The position numbers and the translations under genes are program-made. Below, piece by piece: positions 57,379 to 64,000 of a stretch of DNA of 64,000 bases (position 1 is the first letter of the stretch; each line of letters opens with the position of its first letter). The stretch covers positions 2,972 to 66,971 of the forward strand of contig CAVCPR010000003.1 in the NCBI GenBank assembly GCA_963604235.1. The letters run 5' to 3'. The notes below the pieces were generated by a model. It saw only the letters and a list, made by a program, of their open reading frames with translations. It was not told the origin of the DNA and made no database searches. Source of the DNA: Anaerovoracaceae bacterium. Lineage in GTDB: Bacteria > Actinomycetota > Coriobacteriia > Coriobacteriales > Eggerthellaceae.

Positions 57379-58686
57379 TTATTTCTTGGCAGTCCTGCGC
57401 CGACGCGCGAGCAGGACGGCGGCGACGGCGCACAGGCACAGCTGCAGCACCGTCGGCGAGAACCACACGCCGTTAACCCCGAAGGCCGCACTGAGGCAGT
57501 AAACCACCACGCACACGATAACGGCCTCGCTCACCACGAGGATATTCGAGGCACGCGGGTCGTCTACGGCGTAGAAGTACGAGGTCGTGGTGTGCGTGAA
57601 GCCGTAGAACACATAGCAGATGGAGAACACCGGCAGCGCGAAGGCGATCACCTCGGCCGCGGCGTCCGATGCCCCGAAAAGCAGCGGGATGGCATTGCGC
57701 AAGGCGAACATGAGCGCAAGGCCCACCACCCCGAACGTGATGGCAACCACATAGTTCGTGTTGCGCAGGCGCCTGACGGTATCGTCGTCGCCGGCTCCCC
57801 GATACACGCTGACGAGCGGCTGGCTGCCGTCGCCGACGCTTTGGATCATCACCTGCACGAAGAACGCGACGTAGGCGATGGCGGCATAGGCCGCAAGCGC
57901 GGTTTCCCCGCCGTAATGAGACAAGCTCACATTGTTGACCACGGTGGAAACCTCGGGAAGCATGGTCAGCCCGAACGGGGCCATTCCCAACTTGCAAATG
58001 TGCGCGGCAATCGACGCCTTCGGGGCGAGCGCGGCGGGCGGGATGCGGTTGTCGCGGCGGGCGAAGAACGCTACCACGCCGACGAAAGCCGCCACCTGCG
58101 CGATGACCGTGGCTGCGGCGCCGCCCTGCACGCCCCAGCCGCATTCCATAATGAACAGCCAGTCCAGAATCACATTGACGACGCCGGCAAGCACCTGCAC
58201 GAACATGGCATAGGCGACGCTGCCCTTGTTGCGAATCAGCGGCATGCAGCCGGTGGTTATGAGCTGGAAGGGCACGCCGATCGCGATCACCTCGAGATAC
58301 ATGACCGCCTGACGAAGCGTCTCCCCCTGCCCGCCGAGCGCACGGCAGGCCGCCTCGGCGGCGAAGTTGTAGACGACGGCGACCGGGATGGACACCACGA
58401 GCAGCAAGACGAACGTGGTTCCGATAACCGAGCGCTCGGCGGCGTAGTTCCTCTCGCCGCGACGGATGGACGAGATTACGCCGCCGCCCATGCCAATGCC
58501 CGTTCCAAGCGCGAGCACAAGGCAGACGAGCGGATAAGCGACGTTGATGCCGGCAAGACCCGCATCCCCCACCGCATGTCCGACGAAGATGCCGTCGACG
58601 ATGCTGTAGATACCCGCGAGCGTGAACGTCACCATCGTGGGGATGACGTATTTGAGGTAGCGGGAAATGAGGGACGGCGGCAGCAC
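57379..58686 (-). CDS. MATE-family efflux transporter
   Basis: 435 aa with 12 TM helices and a MATE-like N-terminus (YLKYVIPTMVTFTLAGIYSIVDGIFVG). It lies between trxA and trxB on the same strand. Confidence 0.85.
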   Translation of the reverse strand: MLPPSLISRYLKYVIPTMVTFTLAGIYSIVDGIFVGHAVGDAGLAGINVAYPLVCLVLALGTGIGMGGGVISSIRRGERNYAAERSVIGTTFVLLLVVSIPVAVVYNFAAEAACRALGGQGETLRQAVMYLEVIAIGVPFQLITTGCMPLIRNKGSVAYAMFVQVLAGVVNVILDWLFIMECGWGVQGGAAATVIAQVAAFVGVVAFFARRDNRIPPAALAPKASIAAHICKLGMAPFGLTMLPEVSTVVNNVSLSHYGGETALAAYAAIAYVAFFVQVMIQSVGDGSQPLVSVYRGAGDDDTVRRLRNTNYVVAITFGVVGLALMFALRNAIPLLFGASDAAAEVIAFALPVFSICYVFYGFTHTTTSYFYAVDDPRASNILVVSEAVIVCVVVYCLSAAFGVNGVWFSPTVLQLCLCAVAAVLLARRRRTAKK

Positions 58687-58910
58687 CTTACAGGCTCCTT
58701 ACGATGCAGCGGGACGCCCGGCTTGGGGCTGCCCCGCATTCAAGCGGGCAAGCAGCCGAAACCGTCACGTGCGCACGGGAGTGCAGGGTATGAGGCTCGG
58801 CGGCTTTGCATGCTACCACACGAGAACATCCATCTGCCATCCCCGCCCCGGGCGCGAGCAGCTCGCGCCCGGCGCACCCGGTTGCGCACCGGCCGTCGCC
58901 AAGCCCCGCG

Positions 58911-59222
58911 CTACAGGCCGAGCATCCCCAAGATCGCCTGCTTGGGCTGCACGCCCACGGCCTGCGACGCCACCTCGCCGCCCTTGAACACAGCGAGCGT
59001 CGGGACGCTCATGACGCCGTAGCGCTGCGCCAAGTCTGGCGAGGCGTCGATGTCGACCTTGACTACCTTCGCGCGCCCAGACACTTCGCCGCCAATCTCG
59101 TCGAGCACCGGCGCGAGCATTTTGCACGGCCCGCACCAGGTTGCGAAGAAATCGACGAGCACCGGCTCGGACGCATCGAGGACAACGGACTGGAAATCTG
59201 CGGAAGAAACGATCTGGCTCAT
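58911..59222 (-). CDS. trxA: Thioredoxin
   Basis: 103 aa counted from ATG 59222 (AAGGAGGTG RBS), with the WCGPC active site (VLVDFFATWCGPCKMLAPV). Confidence 0.93.
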   Translation of the reverse strand: MSQIVSSADFQSVVLDASEPVLVDFFATWCGPCKMLAPVLDEIGGEVSGRAKVVKVDIDASPDLAQRYGVMSVPTLAVFKGGEVASQAVGVQPKQAILGMLGL

Positions 59223-59496
59223 ACGGCCACCTCCTTGCTTGTTGCGCCCGCTTGACGCGGGACGCTTCCTTTGGTTCGGCTGCATTGTACGGGCGGCGCC
59301 CGCCGATTGCACGCACCGTTACCATTTCGTCATATTGATACTATTTTAGTAGCATTATGAGCGGTACGCACGAGGCGTGCGCCCCATTTTCGCCGATTCA
59401 TGGAAACGAAACGCTGACGGCCGCCATCACGCATATGGGTAGGCACGCTCGAAGGCTATACTTGCCAGTGACTCAAAAACGAAACGGAGCAACACT

Positions 59497-60432
59497 ATGA
59501 CTGATGCCAACACGAAACGCGACAAGCCCGAAACCGACCACACCGTCCCCCATGAGCCCGCCTGGCGCGGCTGCGAAGTCACGCACGCGAACCTGGTGCT
59601 TGAAGGCGGCGCGATGCGCGGGCAGTTCACCGCGGGCGTGCTCGACTTTTTCATGGAGCATAAGCTGTTCTGCGATGAGGTGATCGGCGTGTCGGCCGGC
59701 GCGCTGTGCGGCTATTGCTACGTCGCGGGAGATATAGGCCGCACGTGCTTCCTGAACATGAAGTACGCCAATGACCCGCGCTACCTTTCCATGAAGAGCT
59801 TCGTGAACACGGGAAACGCCTGCGGCCGCGAGTTCGCGTTCCACGAGGTGCCCGAGAAGCTCGAGCCGTTCAACTTCGACGCGTACGCCACCTCCCCCAT
59901 CACCTTGACGGCGGTGTCGAGCAACCTGGAAACCGGCGAGGCCGATTACCACGTCATCCGCGACCTTTCCGATGACGGCGACCTTCCCTACCTCATGGCA
60001 TCCTCGTCGATGCCGCTCGTAAGCCACGTGGTGGAAGTGGACGGCAAGAAGCTGCTCGACGGCGGCACCTGCGACAGCGTGCCCATCACCTACAGCCGCC
60101 TGACGGGCGCGAAAAAGCACATCGTGGTGCTGACCCAGGACGCCACGTACAAAAAGTCGCCGAACAAGCTGATGCCCATTCTGCAGGGCACCTACTCCGA
60201 CTACCCCTACTACCTGGAGCGCCTGCGCTACCGGCACGTGGACTACAACCGCACGTATCGCAATCTGGTGCGCCTCGAGCAGGCCGGCGAGATCGTGGTG
60301 GTGCGCCCGCAGCGTCCCGTGACGATCGCGAGCATGGAACACGATCAGGACAAGCTGCTCGACCTGTACGCGCAGGGCTACGAGGCGGCGGCGCGAAAGT
60401 GGCCGGCCATCCAGGAGTATCTAGCGAAATAG
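59497..60432 (+). CDS. Patatin-like phospholipase
   Basis: 311 aa with an oxyanion Gly-rich loop (LVLEGGAMRG), GxSxG (GVSAGA) and the catalytic Asp in LLDGGTCD. Confidence 0.85.
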   Translation: MTDANTKRDKPETDHTVPHEPAWRGCEVTHANLVLEGGAMRGQFTAGVLDFFMEHKLFCDEVIGVSAGALCGYCYVAGDIGRTCFLNMKYANDPRYLSMKSFVNTGNACGREFAFHEVPEKLEPFNFDAYATSPITLTAVSSNLETGEADYHVIRDLSDDGDLPYLMASSSMPLVSHVVEVDGKKLLDGGTCDSVPITYSRLTGAKKHIVVLTQDATYKKSPNKLMPILQGTYSDYPYYLERLRYRHVDYNRTYRNLVRLEQAGEIVVVRPQRPVTIASMEHDQDKLLDLYAQGYEAAARKWPAIQEYLAK

Positions 60433-60540
60433 CAGCCGCGGCGGCGCTTGGGTGCGCCGCCGCGAGAGACGCAGGGGGGCGCCGATTCCGGGCAAGCAAG
60501 CGCAGCCCCCTCGCAGACGCCTGCGCGCGCCGCGGCGCAC

Positions 60541-62040
60541 CTATTCCGGGAAGAAAATCTCCCGCATAGCCTTCTCGTCGGATGCGGCGGCGTTGCGCCG
60601 ATCGAGCGCGCTGCCTGCGAACATGAGCACACCGGCAACGACGATGCCGATGACGATCTGATGCAGCCCGGCGATTTTGAAGCCCGCGGCCATGGTCGCG
60701 CAATACACGACCACGCCGCCGACCATCGAAAGCAAGGCGCCGCGCTTCGTGGCGCCTCTCCAGAACAGCCCGCACGCCATCACCCAGAAAAACGCCGTCT
60801 CAAGACCGCCGAAGGCGAACATGTTGATCTTCCAGATGACATCGGGCGGGACGATGGCAAGGACGAACACGATGACGCCGAGCCCTAACGTGACGACCTG
60901 GCTCGACGCGGCGACGACCTTTTCGCGCGGCTCCCTCCCCTGCTTGGTGACGTGATGGATGTACGTGTCCTTGACAATGGCCGAAGAGGACGCGATAAGA
61001 AGCGAGGAAACGGTCGAGATGGACGCGGCGATCGGGCCGATGATCGCAATGCCGGCCAGCCAAGGCGGCAGCGTGGCAGCGATGGTCGCGGGGATGATGT
61101 TGTCGACGCTCGATCCGTAATCGGCCAGCGACCCGTCGAGCACGCCGGACGCGAGCACGCCGAGCGAGGTGACGCCGATCATCATGATGCCGATGATGAC
61201 GGTGCCCATGATCATCGCGCCGCGCAGCGCCTTCGTGTCCCGAAATCCCATGCAGCGCACCATCGACTGCGGCAGGACGAAGGTGAACACGCCGACCAGC
61301 AGCCACTGCGTGAAATACAACGTCGCGGGCATCTGGCCGCCGCCGAAGGGCTCGAGCATTTCCGGGTGATTCGCCCGAATGGTGTCCATGATGTTTTCGT
61401 AGCCGCCCCCGGCAGACAGGATTCCCGCGGCAAGGACGAAGATGCCGATAAGCATAGCGATGCCGCACAGGGCATCGGTCACCGCCACGCCGCGAAACCC
61501 GCCGATGGTGGTGAATAAAATGACCGCAACGCCGAACAGCGCCAGCCCGATGAAGTACGAGTAGCCGGTCACCGCCTCGAACAGTTTCGCCCCGCCGACG
61601 AATTGCGCCACCATGGTCGCCGCGAAGAAGAGCACGACGATGACGGCGCTCGCGTTGGCAAGCGCATCGGAGCGATAGCGGGCGCGGATGACATCGATCA
61701 CGGTAACTGCGTCGATACGGCGCGACACCAACGCAAGCTTCTTGCCGACGATGCCGTAGAGCAGCACGAGCGCCGTGACCTGCACGACGGCCATGTAGAC
61801 CCAGCCCCAGCCGACCAGCCATGCCTGGCCCGGCCCGCCGACGAACGAGCTGACGGAGCCGTACGTGGCGATCGTCGTCATCGCGAGGACGAAACCGCCG
61901 AGCGCGCGGCTGCCGATGAAGTATTCCTTCACGAAACCGCCCGAGCCCGCAGCGCGCGAGCGGCGGCGCACGAACACGGAAACGCAGAGCGCCACGACGA
62001 GGAAAACGACAAGCGGAATGAGGGCGACCAAGCTATTCAC
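60541..62040 (-). CDS. Sodium:solute symporter family transporter (PanF-like)
   Basis: 499 aa, SSF topology. It is preceded by, and overlaps by 8 nt, a small YhdT-like membrane protein, matching the E. coli yhdT-panF pair. Confidence 0.82.
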   Translation of the reverse strand: MNSLVALIPLVVFLVVALCVSVFVRRRSRAAGSGGFVKEYFIGSRALGGFVLAMTTIATYGSVSSFVGGPGQAWLVGWGWVYMAVVQVTALVLLYGIVGKKLALVSRRIDAVTVIDVIRARYRSDALANASAVIVVLFFAATMVAQFVGGAKLFEAVTGYSYFIGLALFGVAVILFTTIGGFRGVAVTDALCGIAMLIGIFVLAAGILSAGGGYENIMDTIRANHPEMLEPFGGGQMPATLYFTQWLLVGVFTFVLPQSMVRCMGFRDTKALRGAMIMGTVIIGIMMIGVTSLGVLASGVLDGSLADYGSSVDNIIPATIAATLPPWLAGIAIIGPIAASISTVSSLLIASSSAIVKDTYIHHVTKQGREPREKVVAASSQVVTLGLGVIVFVLAIVPPDVIWKINMFAFGGLETAFFWVMACGLFWRGATKRGALLSMVGGVVVYCATMAAGFKIAGLHQIVIGIVVAGVLMFAGSALDRRNAAASDEKAMREIFFPE

Positions 62041-62416
62041 GATGGCCCCCGATCCCCTCTTCGCCGGCGGGGGCGCGCACTTCCGAAGAAACAGACGCCG
62101 AAGCGGCGGCGCCCCGCGACCCGCGGACGTCCGGAACTACCTGACCGGAATCCGCGGCGACGGCATCCAAGTCAAAATCGGCAAACACCTTGTAGCCGAG
62201 CACCACGGCGGCGACAACCGCCGCAATCCAGGGGGCAACGCACCCGCCGATAACCCACAGCGGCGTATGGAATACCCAGATATCCAGGCCGGAAAGGCCG
62301 AACCCGCACACCAGCCACACGACGATGATGGCGCAAAGCGCGACAATCGTGGACTTGGCTTCCCTGTTCGCCTGCTTCATGGCGTCTGCATACGTGATGA
62401 TTCGGCGCTGCGGCAT
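62033..62416 (-). CDS. Small membrane protein, YhdT/DUF997-like
   Basis: 127 aa counted from ATG 62416 (GAAGGGGG RBS), with two TM helices (IVALCAIIVVWLVCGFGL; LWVIGGCVAPWIAAVVAAVVL). It overlaps the symporter start. Confidence 0.6.
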   Translation of the reverse strand: MPQRRIITYADAMKQANREAKSTIVALCAIIVVWLVCGFGLSGLDIWVFHTPLWVIGGCVAPWIAAVVAAVVLGYKVFADFDLDAVAADSGQVVPDVRGSRGAAASASVSSEVRAPAGEEGIGGHRE

Positions 62417-62494
62417 GCTACCCCCTTCATTTGAATAGTATCGCCCCATGCTATCACGCAACCTTGACGCATACAGGGCCAGGTGGGGCTCATA

Positions 62495-62536
62495 GGAAAT
62501 GAAAATGAAGAAGCCCCGCCGGCATGACGGGGCTTC
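62495..62536 (-). terminator. Intrinsic terminator after thrS
   Basis: The minus strand reads GAAGCCCCG-TCATGCCGG-CGGGGCTTC followed by TTCATTTTCATTTC. Confidence 0.65.
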
Positions 62537-62563
62537 CCAAAAACGCTCTAGCAAGCAAGGCGG

Positions 62564-64000
62564 CTAGGCGCGGGTGCGGGTTTCCTCGAGCACCTTCGCG
62601 GCGAAATCGGCGACGGTGGAAGGCACGGTCTCGTTGGAGCGGTCGCGCACGGCGATGGTTCCCTCCTGCGCCTCCTTCTCTCCCACGACGATCATGTAGG
62701 GCACGCGATCGATGCTGCGCGCCTCGCGGATCTTGTAACCGATCTTCGCGTCGCGATCGTCGACGGCCACGCGGATGCCGGCCTCGTCGAGCGCCTTTGC
62801 AACCTTGTGGGCGTAGTCGCGGCTCTTCTCGGACACGCACAGCACCTTGACCTGCGTCGGGGCAAGCCACACGGGGAATTTGCCGGCATAGTGCTCGATG
62901 AGGATGCCGACGAAGCGCTCGACCGAGCCGAAGCAGACTCGATGCAGCATGATGGGGCGCTTGCGCGAGCCGTCGGCGTCGACGTAGTCCAGATCGAAGT
63001 TCTGCGGCATCTGGAAGTCGAGCTGCACGGTGCCGCACTGCCAGGTGCGTCCGAGCGAATCCTCCAGATGGAAGTCGATCTTCGGGCCGTAGAAGGCGCC
63101 GTCGCCCTCGTTGACCTCGTAGTCCATGCCCAGCTGCTCAAGGGCGGTCTTGAGGCCGGCCTCGGCGCGCGCCCAGTCCTCGTCGGAGCCCATGGAGTCC
63201 TCGGGGCGGGTGGAGAGCTCGACGTGGTACTTGAAGCCGAACTTCTGGTACACGGAATCGATCAGGTTGACCACGCCCACGATCTCGTCGGTGAGTTGGT
63301 CGGGGCGCACGAACAGGTGGGCATCGTCCTGGTTAAAACAGCGCACCCGGAACAGGCCGTGCAGGGCGCCGCGCAGCTCGTGACGGTGCACCAGGCCGAT
63401 CTCGCCGGCGCGGATGGGCAGCTCGCGGTAAGAATGAGGCTTGGCTGCGTACACCAGCACGCCGCCGGGGCAGTTCATGGGCTTGATGCAGTACTCTTCC
63501 TCGTCGATGAGGGTGGAGTACATGTTGTCCTTGTAGTGGTCCCAGTGGCCCGAGGTCTTCCACAGCTGCTTGTTCATGATGAGCGGCGTGGAGATCTCGA
63601 CATAGCCGGCCTTGTGGTGAATCTCGCGCCAGTAGTCAAGCAGCGTGTTCTTGAGCGTAACGCCGTTGGGCAGGAAGAACGGGAAGCCGGGGGCCTCGTC
63701 GCGCATCATGAAGAGGTCCATCTCGGCGCCGATCTTGCGGTGGTCGCGCTTCTTGGCCTCCTCGATCAGGCGCAGGTGCTCGTCGAGCTCGTCTTTGGTG
63801 GCAAACGCGGTGCCGTTGATGCGGGTGAGCATCTTGTTGTTCTTGTCGTTTTTCCAGTACGCGCCCGAGACGCCGGTGAGCTTGAAGGCCTTAAGCGCCT
63901 TGGTGTAGCAGATGTGGGGGCCGACGCACATGTCGATGTACTCGCCCTGCTGGTAGAAGGTGATGCGGGCGTCGTCGGCAAGGTCGCCGATGTGCTCGAC
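62564..64000 (-). CDS. thrS: Threonyl-tRNA synthetase (N-terminal part lies beyond the right edge)
   Basis: Class-II core and anticodon-binding domain (HRKIGAEMDLF, FRVRCFNQDDAHLF, GAFYGPKIDF). The reading frame stays open upstream of the track's internal Met (…ITFYQQGEYIDMCVGPH) through position 64000. Confidence 0.95.
   Translation of the reverse strand, partial: VEHIGDLADDARITFYQQGEYIDMCVGPHICYTKALKAFKLTGVSGAYWKNDKNNKMLTRINGTAFATKDELDEHLRLIEEAKKRDHRKIGAEMDLFMMRDEAPGFPFFLPNGVTLKNTLLDYWREIHHKAGYVEISTPLIMNKQLWKTSGHWDHYKDNMYSTLIDEEEYCIKPMNCPGGVLVYAAKPHSYRELPIRAGEIGLVHRHELRGALHGLFRVRCFNQDDAHLFVRPDQLTDEIVGVVNLIDSVYQKFGFKYHVELSTRPEDSMGSDEDWARAEAGLKTALEQLGMDYEVNEGDGAFYGPKIDFHLEDSLGRTWQCGTVQLDFQMPQNFDLDYVDADGSRKRPIMLHRVCFGSVERFVGILIEHYAGKFPVWLAPTQVKVLCVSEKSRDYAHKVAKALDEAGIRVAVDDRDAKIGYKIREARSIDRVPYMIVVGEKEAQEGTIAVRDRSNETVPSTVADFAAKVLEETRTRA

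Overview
This is a 64-kb chromosomal window from a high-GC genome (estimated by eye, not computed). It is an Actinomycetota genome. Gene content and the recurrent GAAAGGA-type RBS suggest Coriobacteriia/Eggerthellaceae, but that is inference only. I support about 51 protein genes. I saw no rRNA, tRNA, CRISPR array, transposase or integrase.

Left third (1-25.7 kb) is core housekeeping: a RodZ-like HTH protein, ftsK, rnj, dapA, dapB, pnp, rpsO, a fused rlmKL-type methyltransferase, rpoD, an MFS pump, gdhA, and the ribF-truB-DHH-rbfA-infB-ylxR-nusA-rimP superoperon.

Right third (44-64 kb) is also core: leuA-serA, and ilvC-ilvN-ilvB-ilvD behind a roughly 310-nt terminator-containing leader. It continues with a gamma-CA-like protein, prmC-prfA, trxB-MATE-trxA, a patatin-like lipase, a panF-like symporter with a yhdT-like gene, and thrS (partial).

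The middle (about 26.7-44 kb) looks accessory and is the most interesting part. One operon encodes a CaiA/YdiO-like acyl-CoA dehydrogenase (ACAD) with EtfB, EtfA, FixC and FixX. It sits next to TetR and LysR regulators, an AMP-forming CoA ligase, an orphan Cys-motif protein, an MFS transporter, two more ACADs and a family-III CoA-transferase. A PaaI thioesterase and a YdiB-type quinate/shikimate dehydrogenase flank it. The design matches known enoyl-CoA reduction systems (E. coli cai/fix and ydi loci, Acetobacterium woodii car), but it lacks their signature accessory genes, so the substrate is unknown.

All calls come from reading the ORF track and the sequence by eye. Start codons were adjusted where an RBS supports an internal start. 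No searches or folding programs were run.
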